Shown: positions 1-9,400, numbered from the whole stretch's first letter. The stretch is DNA of 30,712 nucleotides, filler included, from an uncultured virus (IMG/VR IMGVR_UViG_2049941000_000697) (14 parts of one record of this genome joined end to end with filler, not necessarily neighbours in it); one strand, 5' to 3'. Numbers and translations: made by a program. The notes: generated by a model not told the origin, from the letters alone.

Positions 1-78
1 CCTGGCCGCGAGCGGCCGCGTCGCCACCTTCAGTTTGTCCGGCGCCGCCGAAACGGCGTCGATCGAAAAATCCGTCAT
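1..78 (-). CDS. N-terminus of hypothetical protein (MTDFSIDAVSAAPDKLKVATRPLAAR...), runs off the window start
   Basis: ATG at 78 preceded by AAGGAGAGCA ribosome-binding site (81-90); frame open to position 1; not in the ORF track. Confidence 0.55.
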   Translation of the reverse strand, partial: MTDFSIDAVSAAPDKLKVATRPLAAR

Positions 79-102
79 GCTGCTCTCCTTGGTTTTTGGG
101 TG

Positions 103-468
103 TTATCTGCTCCTGGCCGCCAGCGCGTCCAGCCGTGCCTTCACTTCCGGATGATCGGTATAATACGCCGCGCGGACACCATCGAGGATCTCATACCAGG
201 AATTGCCGACCTCCGCGTCGCGCGCCTCCTCCAGCATCACGGCGAGATCCCGGACCCGCAGCGCGAGATCCCGGTGATCGTACATCAGATGATCGACGGC
301 GGCACGGAGCTGCCCCGTCATCACGTCGCGGTTATCGTCCGTGTAGGTGAATTCGTTGAAGAGCGCCCACGCCTTGACAATGTGTTTGCGGGCGCAGGTG
401 GTGCACTGGTCGAAGGGAGCCGTCTTTATGACGGCCACGCCGCGCTTGCCGTGACAGGAACATGCCAT
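103..468 (-). CDS. Hypothetical phage protein with N-terminal CxC and CxxCxxKH motifs
   Basis: Complete 121-aa ORF; start overlaps the stop of the upstream ORF (TAATG at 468). Confidence 0.75.
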   Translation of the reverse strand: MACSCHGKRGVAVIKTAPFDQCTTCARKHIVKAWALFNEFTYTDDNRDVMTGQLRAAVDHLMYDHRDLALRVRDLAVMLEEARDAEVGNSWYEILDGVRAAYYTDHPEVKARLDALAARSR

Positions 469-782
469 TACTCGAACTCCTCGGTAATATCACTGTAATC
501 GTACACGAACGGCGTGTCCACTTCTGTAGTCAAATCCGTGTTGCTGATAATAACCCCTTGGTCATACTCCACAATTTCCGTTGACCACGGGTCTGGGTGT
601 CCATAAGTGTATGCGTGAGAGCCGACAGAACCGGTTGATACTACTTCACCAGCTTCTGAATAAACATCAAGGGTTGCGCCCCTCTTTGTTATAACCGTAT
701 CGCCGGAAAAAGAAATAAACGCTCTATTATTGGCGGTTGCCACAAATCGTACCGGGTATGGTACGTTATAATGTTCAAATGC
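468..782 (-). CDS. C-terminal part of an AT-rich hypothetical protein (probable tail-distal gene)
   Basis: Frame stays open upstream of the track's GTG (AFEHYNVPYPVRFVATANN...) up to the linker; visibly lower GC than flanking genes. Confidence 0.65.
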   Translation of the reverse strand, partial: AFEHYNVPYPVRFVATANNRAFISFSGDTVITKRGATLDVYSEAGEVVSTGSVGSHAYTYGHPDPWSTEIVEYDQGVIISNTDLTTEVDTPFVYDYSDITEEFE

Positions 783-783
783 C

Positions 784-883
784 NNNNNNNNNNNNNNNNN
801 NNNNNNNNNNNNNNNNNNNNNNNNNNNTTAATTAATTAANNNNNNNNNNNNNNNNNNNNNNNNNNNNNNNNNNNNNNNNNNNN
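784..883. other. Artificial contig-joining linker (44 N + TTAATTAATTAA + 44 N); 13 copies
   Basis: Same 100-nt block, with stops in all six frames, at 784, 2953, 5534, 8886, 12294, 15984, 18596, 20551, 21273, 23088, 23794, 28199 and 29951. Confidence 0.98.
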
Positions 884-1144
884 AGCGTTCCGCCGCCGAG
901 ACTGCCGCGGGCGTCAAAAATTTTTTCAGCGAAAGCAATCCTCTCGGCACCTGTCATCTTCGCCATGGCTTTCGCCACATCGACGAGGATGTCCTGCATC
1001 TTCCGCAGCTCCTTGTTAGCGTCGAGCACTTCCACGCCGAAGCCACGGAGGAAGGTCTGCACCTTCGGATCGGCCATCCGCTTGAAAGATTTTCCGAGCG
1101 CGGTGCCGGCGAGGCTGCCGCGAATGCCCATATTAGCCAGCACG
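884..1144 (-). CDS. Tail tape measure protein, TP901-type core fragment
   Basis: LANMGIRGSLAGTALGKSFKRMA...GVEVLDANKELRKMQDILVDVAKAMAKMTGAERIAFAEKIF is a typical tape measure core. Confidence 0.85.
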
Positions 1145-1154
1145 NNNNNNNNNN

Positions 1155-1555
1155 TCCGGCCACCTCGGCCTTCTTCTGCTGCTCCGCTTCCGTCGCGGCG
1201 ATCCGGTCCTGCGATGTAGATCCGGCGCCGGTGATCGCGCCGACGTCGCCGCCGCGAAGCGCTTTCAGCCGATCGTACATGCCCTGCAGCTTCTTTCTTT
1301 CGTCTGCCATCTGCTTCTTGATCGGCGCGTCGTGCTTGGCTACGGAATCGATGCCGAAAAGCGTCGTGTATTCATCCGTCTCCGTGTCTTTTCCGAGCAA
1401 GTCGGCGCTGAAAAAATGACGCGCGCCGCCGGCCAGGCTGTCGCCGAGTTTGAGAATGAGCTGCTTCTGTTTCTCGATCTCTTCGCCGAGTTCCTGCAGT
1501 GCCTTTTCCCGCATAGCCTGATTCAATTTCTCTTGAGCCTGCGCCATCATCGTGA
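1155..1555 (-). CDS. Tail tape measure protein, internal coiled-coil fragment
   Basis: MMAQAQEKLNQAMREKALQELGEEIEKQKQ... helical, Ala/Glu/Lys-rich; same scaffold as the other tape measure pieces. Confidence 0.65.
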
Positions 1556-1565
1556 NNNNNNNNNN

Positions 1566-1715
1566 GACCGCCTGGACGGCGTTCAGCGCCGCGGCGTCGC
1601 TGTCGGTGTCGTGGACAAGATAATAGATCGTCGCCGACGACTGCGCCGGATTCTGCGTGTCCTTGTTGTAATCGATCGGATCCCATGCCTGCTCGACCGA
1701 AAGTTCGTTCGCCAT
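1566..1715 (-). CDS. N-terminus of the tail protein following the tape measure gene (probably continues at 29950-29389)
   Basis: ATG at 1715 with GGAGAG RBS immediately after the tape measure stop; MANELSVEQAWDPIDY... Confidence 0.65.
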
Positions 1716-1727
1716 CGCTCATCTCTC

Positions 1728-1919
1728 CTATAAAATGGCCCATCCCTGGCTGTATTTCGATACCAGATCCTTCAGGTATTTTTCGCTCTTTTCGGTCGCC
1801 TTGGCCGTTCGCTCGGCCGCCACGTCGCGATCCGACTTCCGGCCGAACATCTGCATCAGCCCCTGGGCGTCGAACCCGGATACCGTTTTTACCTGCGCCT
1901 GCGCCGCCGCCATGCCGTC
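1728..1919 (-). CDS. Tail tape measure protein, C-terminal fragment
   Basis: ...VSGFDAQGLMQMFG...AERTAKATEKSEKYLKDL...* resembles tape measure C-termini of PVC prophages (recalled). Confidence 0.7.
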   Translation of the reverse strand, partial: DGMAAAQAQVKTVSGFDAQGLMQMFGRKSDRDVAAERTAKATEKSEKYLKDLVSKYSQGWAIL

Positions 1920-2133
1920 NNNNNNNNNNNNNNNNNNNNNNNNNNNNNNNNNNNNNNNNNNNNNNNNNNNNNNNNNNNNNNNNNNNNNNNNNNNNNNNNN
2001 NNNNNNNNNNNNNNNNNNNNNNNNNNNNNNNNNNNNNNNNNNNNNNNNNNNNNNNNNNNNNNNNNNNNNNNNNNNNNNNNNNNNNNNNNNNNNNNNNNNN
2101 NNNNNNNNNNNNNNNNNNNNNNNNNNNNNNNNN

Positions 2134-2352
2134 CATCTGATCGTCGAAGTCGGCGAAGATCTTCGTCGCGCCGATGAAACCGGCGCCGATCAGCGGCGCC
2201 ATCAGCGTCAGCTGCGAAGACATCGCGGACACGCCGGCGCGGAAACGCTGCAGCCGCGTCTGCGCCTTCGTCAGCCCGTTTTTCAGTTCCGCGTCATTCA
2301 GGGTCAGCTTGACGAAAGCCATCCCGGCCATGACGGCATTCGCGCTTGCCAT
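2134..2352 (-). CDS. Tail tape measure protein, N-terminal fragment
   Basis: MASANAVMAGMAFVKLTLND...ATKIFADFDDQM; AAAGGAGAG RBS upstream. Confidence 0.85.
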
Positions 2353-2387
2353 AGTCTCTCCTTTGTTGTAAATGGTCCTGCTCTCGC

Positions 2388-2403
2388 GTAGATATATACG
2401 CCG
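2388..2403 (-). promoter_or_regulatory. Putative late-promoter motif CGGCGTATATATCTAC upstream of the tape measure gene
   Basis: Exact 16-bp match to 17339-17354; lies 35 nt upstream of the tape measure ATG. Confidence 0.55.
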
Positions 2404-2451
2404 TGACGCCGCGACGTCATGGCGCCGCCGCCCTTGCAGAANNNNNNNNNN

Positions 2452-2952
2452 TTCAGCACCACCGCTATGCCCGTCGCGGCCCCCACGTAAGCGAGCGCGG
2501 TGCCGAGCATCTTGGAGTTCTTGATGACTTCCGTCAGGACGTTCGCGAAGGCGCTTGCCTTCTCTACCGCCGGCAAAAAGGTCTTGGCCAGCGTCTCGCC
2601 GAATGCGATCGAGATCCCCTCCGCGGCGCTGGCCAGCCGGCGCAGCGATCCGCNNNNNNNNNNGCCGAATCGACTGCGATTCCCAGATCGCCGTAAACGT
2701 TCTGCAGGGTTTCGGCCAGCGAGGCCGCCTCCCGCATCTGGTCGTCGTTGATCTTCCCCTGACGCGCCAGCTCCTGCAGCTGCTGCAGCCGCTTGAAATC
2801 GTCCTGGTGCTGNNNNNNNNNNGCCGCAGCCGCCTTGGCCGCTTCCGCCTCCCGGGCGAAACCTTCTTCCGAGAGCTCGACAGCCTTCCGGCAGGCGTAG
2901 ATGCCGGCGGCCAGTGCGATCAGCGCCACCGTCACCGGGTTCGCCGCGAGCC
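2452..2952 (-). CDS. Tail tape measure protein, three internal fragments including hydrophobic segments
   Basis: SAAEGISIAFGETLAKTFLP..., LAANPVTVALIALAAGIY..., KRLQQLQELARQGKINDDQMREAASLAETLQNVYGDLGI; split by 10-N gaps. Confidence 0.8.
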
Positions 2953-3052
2953 NNNNNNNNNNNNNNNNNNNNNNNNNNNNNNNNNNNNNNNNNNNNTTAA
3001 TTAATTAANNNNNNNNNNNNNNNNNNNNNNNNNNNNNNNNNNNNNNNNNNNN

Positions 3053-3372
3053 AGGGTCGGCACGGTCACGCCGGCGTAGAGCTGCGCCATCTCGCCGAGG
3101 AAGGTGCCGTCGATGACGCCCTGGATGTCGTCGGTCGTCACGTCGCGCCAGGGCGCGGGTTCCTCGGGCACGTCGAGATCGGGATCGTCCTCCGGATCCG
3201 GGAACGTCGCCGCGGGCGCGGGATGGCGTGCCGCCGCGGCGATGAGATCCACCGTGTTCGCGATCACCGGAGGAAGCTGCGCGCGCCACTCCGGATCGCG
3301 AAGTTCGCGGAGATCGTGCCAGTTTTTGCCCTTGCAGCCGTTGTGATGGCAGGTGAAGCCGATCGCGCCGTT
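3053..3372 (-). CDS. Primase/DUF3987 helicase, internal fragment (Zn-binding CHHxxC and linker)
   Basis: NGAIGFTCHHNGCKGKNWHDLRELRDP followed by an acidic Pro-rich linker. Confidence 0.65.
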
Positions 3373-3544
3373 NNNNNNNNNNNNNNNNNNNNNNNNNNNN
3401 NNNNNNNNNNNNNNNNNNNNNNNNNNNNNNNNNNNNNNNNNNNNNNNNNNNNNNNNNNNNNNNNNNNNNNNNNNNNNNNNNNNNNNNNNNNNNNNNNNNN
3501 NNNNNNNNNNNNNNNNNNNNNNNNNNNNNNNNNNNNNNNNNNNN

Positions 3545-3645
3545 CGTTCGGCGGCGAGCAGCGTGCGGTACATGCCCTCGCCGTCGGGCGGGATGGTGTG
3601 CGCCTCGTCGATCAGAATCAGATCGAAGGCGCCGAGATCCCGCAC
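3545..3645 (-). CDS. SF2 helicase motif II fragment (misplaced piece of the 8859 helicase)
   Basis: FDLILIDEAHTIPPDGEGMYRTLL supplies the DEAH box missing from 7321-8859. Confidence 0.8.
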
Positions 3646-3678
3646 CCTTCCTCGGGCACGTAGATCGGNNNNNNNNNN

Positions 3679-3977
3679 CGACGATCGTCATGAAGTACCG
3701 GTGCCCGTAAGCCACGGCGAAGATCCCGCTGCGGGATAGGATCGAGGTCTTGCCGGTGCCGCGCGGCGCCGATTCCGCCTGAAATCCGCCCTTGAGGATC
3801 CCCCGCTGGATCTCCTTGATGATCTCGATGTGATCCTGGCTCCAAGCGAGCAGAAACGTGTGCGGGAAATAGGTTTCGAGGAACAGCTGCAGGTTCCGCC
3901 GGCAGCGCTCCCGGCGCTGCGGATCCTTCACCTTCGGGATCGGACCGATGTCGCGCCCGGAGAGGCTCGCCCCGGCC
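3679..3977 (-). CDS. Terminase large subunit (GpA-like), N-terminal ATPase fragment
   Basis: GRDIGPIPKVKDPQRRERC...ETYFPHTFLLAWSQDH...APRGTGKT Walker A. Confidence 0.8.
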
Positions 3978-3987
3978 NNNNNNNNNN

Positions 3988-4109
3988 GTCAGCGCCCCTT
4001 CCGCCGCCTGCAGCGCCTCTTCCTCGACCTCCCGGGGCATCTTCTCCCCGCCCTTCCGGGGCTTCCCGGAGATCTCCTCCGTGGCCTTTTTGCGATTTTT
4101 CGGATCCAT
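3988..4109 (-). CDS. N-terminus of a packaging-region protein (terminase N-terminus or small subunit)
   Basis: ATG at 4109 with GGAGG upstream; Lys-rich MDPKNRKKATEEISGKPRKGG; adjacent to the terminase fragment across a 10-N gap. Confidence 0.4.
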
Positions 4110-4170
4110 CGTCACCGCCTCCGGCCCCCGGAGAAAGAAAGTGTGTTCAATTTCGGTATANNNNNNNNNN

Positions 4171-4604
4171 CCGCCCCGCCTTCCGGCCCGATCGACGTCC
4201 GGTTTCCGGCCCGATTCCGCGCCCGTGGCTGCGGCTTGACGTGCCGACGTGGAGACGGCGGCCTTGATCCCGATCTGGGCCGCTATGGGCCGCATGGCGC
4301 GGCGCACGAGGGCAATGATTTCCTCCTTCGATCGTCCGAGTTTCCTTGCCACGGTCCCGGCTGGGATCCCCTGCAGCACGATCTGCCGGCAGACGGTGCC
4401 GATCGGAGCCGGCAGCGCCTCGATGAATTCTGCGATGTCGCAGCCGGTGCTGCCACGGTCGTCGATCAGGGCCATCTCCTGTTCCGGCGACAGCTCGACG
4501 GTGTTGATGCGGACGATCCGCTTCAGGCGGTACATGCGCCGCAGCAGGTCGCGCTTGCCGTAATGCAGCAGCATGTTGATGAATGTCTTGGCGCGAGGAT
4601 GTCC
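4171..4604 (-). CDS. Sigma70/ECF-like RNA polymerase sigma factor (region 2 end and region 4 HTH), partial
   Basis: AKTFINMLLHYGKRDLLRR (region 2-like) and FIEALPAPIGTVCRQIVLQGIPAGTVARKLGRSKEEIIALVRRA (region 4-like). Confidence 0.6.
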
Positions 4605-4614
4605 NNNNNNNNNN

Positions 4615-5533
4615 GCTGCAGCGCTGTGGTGCCGGTGTGATGCGAATTCTGCGAGATCGTGCGGATGCTGACGCCATGTCCCCGATCGTTGTGCCGAATG
4701 ATCGAAACGATCTTCCGCATGATCCGTTCCTGGATCCGCGCGGCCTCGGTCTGATCCTCGATCTGGATCAGCATCTCCTCCGCCTGCCGGAAAAACCACT
4801 GCACCATCTTCTCGGCGCCCTCCCAGTGCTTCGATTCGAGCAGCACGGCGTCGCCCTGCGATCGCACGGTGTAGTCGAGCGAGAGCATCACGGCGAGCCG
4901 CGGCATGTACTCGTTGACGAGCCGGCGCCAGACCGGGTGCAGGTTGTCCGGCGCATGGGCGCGGAAGATCTCCGAGAGCCGTCGTCCGTATCCTTCCGGG
5001 ACTTCCACGACGCCGTGCTTCTTCTCGAAGGCGGGAAGGATCGCGGCGAATTTCTGCAGCGTCTTCGTGAAGTCGCTGCAGGCCGGATCGCCGAAAAATT
5101 CCGGCATCCTGGCGTAGATGAAGCGCCCCATGAATCCGGAGGAGATGTCCTGTTCGCGCACCACGGCCTCGAACACCTTCGGCTGGATGTTGGCGATGAT
5201 GTTCGGGTAGCAGTAATCGCAGGCGCTGCTGCCCTTCTTCCCGCTCCGGCTGGAGAAGTTGTGGCGGAAATACCCCTTGCCGAAGGCTTCGGTGAGGAAG
5301 GCCGTCGCCTTGTGCTGCCAGTGTTTCTCGTCGAGCCAGTTCGAGAATTCGCTGATCGAGATCAGCCCGTTCGGATACTCCTTCAGCGCCTCGGCGATGC
5401 CCTCGGCGGATCCGCACGTCCCCATGTTCCAGCCCTTGGCGGTGGTGACGGTGTCGAGGAGGTTGCCGATGTCTTTTCCGGATGCGCTGTTCGCGGCCAG
5501 CAGCGCGTACACGTTACAGACCTGCCCGCCCGC
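4615..5533 (-). CDS. DUF3987/YfjI-type phage replicative helicase domain of a primase-helicase, partial
   Basis: NVYALLAANSASGKD (Walker A variant), GSAEGI, LISISEF (Walker B variant), NIQPKVF and SSGFMGRFIY motifs; C-terminal winged-helix-like segment. Confidence 0.75.
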
Positions 5534-5633
5534 NNNNNNNNNNNNNNNNNNNNNNNNNNNNNNNNNNNNNNNNNNNNTTAATTAATTAANNNNNNNNNNN
5601 NNNNNNNNNNNNNNNNNNNNNNNNNNNNNNNNN

Positions 5634-5705
5634 GGCCGCCTCGGCGAACCAGCGGCAGAGCTTCCTGAAGGCCCGGTCGCGGGCAGCCTTTTCTTTTTGG
5701 GTCAT
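5634..5705 (-). CDS. N-terminus of a protein (MTQKEKAARDRAFRKLCRWFAEAA), possibly the start of the sigma-like factor
   Basis: ATG at 5705 with AGGAGAGCA RBS; frame open into the linker; assignment to the sigma factor is inference. Confidence 0.45.
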
Positions 5706-5732
5706 TATGCTCTCCTATTGGGTGACGAACCG

Positions 5733-6029
5733 TCACCATTCGATTTGTTTCAAAATCCCCGCGGCGCGATCGAGAAACTGGTCGATCTCGATCTCGCCGA
5801 CTTTACGGAAAAGAGGGGCGAAAAGATCCTGGATCTTCTGCCGGTTTTTCATGCCCGAGAAATCGACATCGATGTGTGTGACGAACCGGCATTTGTGCAC
5901 CTCGAAATGAAGGACGTGTTTTTTCATCAGAGAATAGTAGAAGTTCCAATGCCACAAAAAATTCTCCGAATCCAATTCGATTTGGATGTCGAATCCCGTC
6001 ATCGAGATCTCTTTCAGCGGATTGTTCAT
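5733..6029 (-). CDS. Hypothetical protein
   Basis: ATG at 6029 overlaps the upstream stop (ATGA); MNNPLKEISMTGFDIQIELDSENFLWHW... Confidence 0.65.
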   Translation of the reverse strand: MNNPLKEISMTGFDIQIELDSENFLWHWNFYYSLMKKHVLHFEVHKCRFVTHIDVDFSGMKNRQKIQDLFAPLFRKVGEIEIDQFLDRAAGILKQIEW

Positions 6030-6211
6030 TTCTCCGCCCCCGCTTTCAGCCAGTCGAGCCAGCACCGGGGGCATTTCTGATGTGCCGGGCACGGCTTCTC
6101 CTCATAGGAAGGCGGGCAAGAATCGGGATTGAAAAAATGCACCAGTTCCTTGGCGTCCATCTCCCGCACGCGGTCGAGGTTCGTCCGTCTTTCGGTGTTT
6201 TCGGTATTCAT
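6026..6211 (-). CDS. Small Cys-rich phage protein (TNLDRVREMDAKEL...CPRCWLDWL)
   Basis: Complete 61-aa ORF, GGAGG RBS, ATGA coupling on both sides. Confidence 0.7.
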   Translation of the reverse strand: MNTENTERRTNLDRVREMDAKELVHFFNPDSCPPSYEEKPCPAHQKCPRCWLDWLKAGAEK

Positions 6212-6486
6212 AGTGCCTCCATATCCTCCATCAGGGCGTTCACGGTCCGGATCGCGGTCACGGCCACGTGGATCGCCTCGAGCCGCGCGCGTTCGCGCCA
6301 GCCGTCGGCGCGGTCGTTGACCTCCTTGGCGAATTCGCCGAGCTCCTCCATCATCACGGCGGCCATCTCCGATTCGTTCAGCGGGAAGTTCGGGTGCTTG
6401 ATGAGGGCCTTGTCGAATTCCTCCCGCAGCAGCGGAAGGGCCTCCAGCAGCTTCGGGGTGTCGATCATGGGGTGGTTGTCGTTCAT
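6208..6486 (-). CDS. MazG-like nucleotide pyrophosphohydrolase
   Basis: VMMEELGEFAKEVND...RLEAIHVAVTAIR matches the EExGE...E pattern of MazG-like proteins; ATG at 6486 coupled to the upstream stop. Confidence 0.6.
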   Translation of the reverse strand: MNDNHPMIDTPKLLEALPLLREEFDKALIKHPNFPLNESEMAAVMMEELGEFAKEVNDRADGWRERARLEAIHVAVTAIRTVNALMEDMEAL

Positions 6487-6542
6487 GGGCGGGCCTCCTC
6501 GTCGAGCCAGGCGCGCCAGCACTCCCCGCAGGCGCCGGCGGA
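6483..6542 (-). CDS. C-terminus of a small Cys-rich protein (ACGECWRAWLDEEARP*)
   Basis: Same CxxCWxxWL motif as 6026-6211; stop overlaps the MazG-like start. Confidence 0.5.
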   Translation of the reverse strand, partial: SAGACGECWRAWLDEEARP

Positions 6543-6552
6543 NNNNNNNNNN

Positions 6553-6995
6553 GCGACGACCGCGACGATGCTCACTTCGCGCAGGGTCGAGTGTTTGACG
6601 TGGTAAAACGGGCCTTCCACTTCTTGGCCGTTCACTTCGCGCTTGCCCTGAACCAGTTCGCAGTCCTTCACATCGGCTCCGATACTGAGCTGCCAGTCGG
6701 CTTCGGCCTTGCTCTGCGCGACGATGTTTTTCGCGTCCTCGTTCTCCGAGACGATCTCGCCCGTGATCTCCAGTGCGTTGCCCTTGACGCTGGCGGAGAT
6801 CATTCCCACGCGGGCATCGGTCTTGTTCTCATGATTGGTGAGCAGCGGCACGGTACCCGGGATATCCATCCCGGCGAGATCCACGACCACCGGATGCTTC
6901 CAGCCGGGGAGAGTCATCTTCTCGCCGCTGTAGGCGATCCCGGCGACCTTGGGTCTGCCGCCTCCCGCCGCTTCGATCAAAGTGAATTCACTCAA
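6553..6995 (-). CDS. Prohead protease domain, second divergent copy (probably from another phage), partial
   Basis: TTG at 6995 with AAGGAG RBS; GIAYSG...PVVVDLAG...PLLTNH...WQLSIGA...LREVSIVAV. Confidence 0.8.
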
Positions 6996-7123
6996 GTTTT
7001 CACTCCTTCGGTTATAAACCGTCATCCGGTTCGGTTGGTGTTTCTGCCGGTCATTTTTCCTGCTTTTGTCGGTTCTGTCGGACATTTTCTTGCTCTCCTT
7101 GGGGTGTTTTCTTGGGGTGTTTG

Positions 7124-7175
7124 TCAAAACGGGATGGCGCCTTCCGCCACCTCGCGATCGTAGGCGGCCCGGTCG
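7124..7175 (-). CDS. C-terminus of the SF2 helicase (...AYDREVAEGAIPF*)
   Basis: Acidic tail ending in IPF; followed by AAGGAGAGCA RBS and a new ATG (MSDRTDKSRK). Confidence 0.55.
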
Positions 7176-7185
7176 NNNNNNNNNN

Positions 7186-7310
7186 GGGTGTAGCTCGCGG
7201 TGCTGGCGTCGAGCGCGCGGATCTCGAAGACGTCGCCGGGGCGGAAGATCTTCTTCAGCGCCTCGGCGGCGATGTCTTTCCGGAAGTGTTCGTCGCCCAT
7301 GATGTCAGCT
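7186..7310 (-). CDS. Primase N-terminal fragment
   Basis: IAAEALKKIFRPGDVFEIRALDA resembles N-termini of phage primase-helicase fusions (recalled); not helicase sequence. Confidence 0.55.
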
Positions 7311-7320
7311 NNNNNNNNNN

Positions 7321-8859
7321 ATTTGTGCACCCCCAGATCCTGCGGGCTGTTGCCGGGCGGGTCTTCCTCCTCCCGGTAGGCGTCCTCGATGGCGCGGCGC
7401 TCCTCCATGTCGGCGATCCGCGCGGCGATCTCCTCGTCGGGCACGGTGCCGGCGGGCGGTTCCGCCTCGTCGAAGACATACTTGGTGATCGTCGGCCACT
7501 CGGAGCCGGCGAGCTTCTTCACGACGATCTTCTTCGGCTCCTTCAGCTTCCCGGCGTCGGCGTACACGAGGCACTCCTCCACGGTCGCGGGAAGATCGAG
7601 GCCGGTGCGCTCGCGCCACCACTTCTCGGATTTCTTCCGGGCGTAGCCGGTGTGCTCCGGGCAGATCCAGTCGGAGACCGATTCCGCGTAGCCGAGCATA
7701 TACTCCACGCGGAGCGTCGGCGGCCGGNNNNNNNNNNCGAATTCTTCTTGACGTGCTTCGAGTACCATACCCGCTGCACGTCGAATTCCGCCGCGCCGCC
7801 CTGGCCGGAGAGGATCCCGGCGCTGTCGGCCTTGGTGCCGTGGTGCAGCGTCCCCTCCTCGCGTGGCAGCACCGCGCCGCAGTCGGGGCACTGCCNNNNN
7901 NNNNNNNNNNNNNNNNNNNNNNNNNNNNNNNNNNNNNNNNNNNNNNNNNNNNNNNNNNNNNNNNNNNNNNNNNNNNNNNNNNNNNNNNNNNNNNNNNNNN
8001 NNNNNNNNNNNNNNNNNNNNNNNNNNNNNNNNNNNNNNNNNNNNNNNNNNNNNNNNNNGAGCACAGGCCTCTCGACGTCGATGTCCACGAGAGCGAGCTC
8101 CGTCAGATCCTTCTTGACGATGTCGAGGCGGCAGCCCGGGGTGAGACCGTCGAGGATCTTCGTGTACTCGTCCGCGGAGATCATCTGCCAGTCGGCTTCN
8201 NNNNNNNNNCGGTCGAGCTTCGGCGTGTCGCCGAGCACGATCCCGCATTCCTCGCCGGCGAGCTGTTCGATCCGCGCCTTGATGTGCTCCGCATGGGGCA
8301 CGCTGGCGGCGAAGATCAGCACCTTTTTCCGGTCGCGGGTCAGCTGCACGATCTCGGTGCAGGCGGCGGAAACGAGATACTCGTTGTCCATCTTCCCCGC
8401 CACCTCCTCGGCGATGAATTCGCCGGCGCGGATGTGCAGGTCGGAAAGATCGGCCTTCGTCTTGCCGTTCTTGCTCCGGAGCGGCGAGAGATACCGGCGG
8501 ACGATGAGTTCCCGCACGCCGACCTCGTAGCAGATCTCGTTCAGCAGATTGTCGCGCCGGCAGATCAGCCCGCCGCGGAGNNNNNNNNNNTTCAGCCCCG
8601 CGGAATACAGGCCCACGGCGAGATCCGGACACAGCGCGGCGATCTTCGCCGCGTTCTGCTCCAGGAGTTCGCGCACGTGGGCGAGGATCAGGCAGCGCCC
8701 GCCCCACTGCTGCACCGCGTCGGAGACGATCCGGGCGATCACGATCGACTTTCCGGCTCCGGTCGGCAGCACCACGCACGGATTCGTGTCGGGCTTCGTC
8801 CGGAGGTGATCGTACACCGCATTGACGGCCTCCTGCTGGTAATAGCGCAGATCGTACAT
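7321..8859 (-). CDS. SF2 DEAD/DEAH-box helicase (RadD/YejH-like) with C-terminal Zn ribbon, gapped
   Basis: LRYYQQEAV Q-motif, LPTGAGKS Walker A, ILAHVRELLEQN motif Ia, VLIFAASVPHAEHI motif IV, QCPDCG, SDWICPEHTGYARKK; 8059-8199 is probably a foreign misplaced contig. Confidence 0.9.
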
Positions 8860-8985
8860 GGCGGATCTCCTATGCCACCGCGCCGNNNNNNNNNNNNNNN
8901 NNNNNNNNNNNNNNNNNNNNNNNNNNNNNTTAATTAATTAANNNNNNNNNNNNNNNNNNNNNNNNNNNNNNNNNNNNNNNNNNNN

Positions 8986-9380
8986 CGGCAGCGCTTCTTG
9001 TTGCGGAAGACGAATTCGCCACTGTCCTTCCGGGCGCCGAGCGCATTGATGAAAAGGTCTGATTTCTCCTCCCGGCTCATCTGCAGCACCTGGATCGTCT
9101 CGCTGGTGTCGGTGCGGCGGATCGTCTTGATGCCGTCTTCGGGCGTGTTGTAGAGAATCTCGCATTCGACCTCGCGTTCCTCGTAGCCGCGGGCCAGCGT
9201 CTGGGCGATGCAGTTGATCTCCGCCTGCGCGGCATCGATCTCGCTTTTCAGCTGGCTCATCGCCCGATTCTTGCGGTCTTCGAGCCGGGCCAGCTCCTGG
9301 TTCTGGTGGGCGAGCTGCATGCCGTAGCGCTGCAGCTCCTCCGGGGTGAGTTTGCACTCGAGAAGTTTGGTGATTTTCAT
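8986..9380 (-). CDS. Hypothetical phage early protein (coiled coil, GYEEREVEC), 3' truncated
   Basis: ATG at 9380 with GGAGAGCA RBS; MKITKLLECKLTPEELQRYG... Confidence 0.7.
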
Positions 9381-9400
9381 GTTGCTCTCCATGTTTGGGT

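Noticed and set aside
828..839. Repeated TTAATTAATTAA as a biological repeat, att site or CRISPR repeat
   Set aside because: Always centred in exactly 44+44 N; it is a six-frame-stop joining linker.
4110..4160. Possible cos/pac site or late promoter before the packaging genes
   Set aside because: Only 50 nt are visible before a gap; no match to the 16-bp motif and no diagnostic repeat.
3618..5417. 599-aa ORF and other long ORFs spanning X runs (e.g. 7124-8779, 10627-12060, 12757-13671)
   Set aside because: They chain unrelated contigs across N gaps, partly in shadow frames; the real genes are annotated piecewise.
4583..5581. Long + strand ORFs antisense to phage genes (also 7112-8530, 9530-10708, 12613-13887, 19043-20311)
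   Set aside because: Typical antisense shadows of GC-rich coding sequence, with no motifs or RBS.
8059..8199. Insertion or intein within the SF2 helicase
   Set aside because: Gap-bounded on both sides, with no helicase or intein motifs; more likely a misplaced contig from another early gene.
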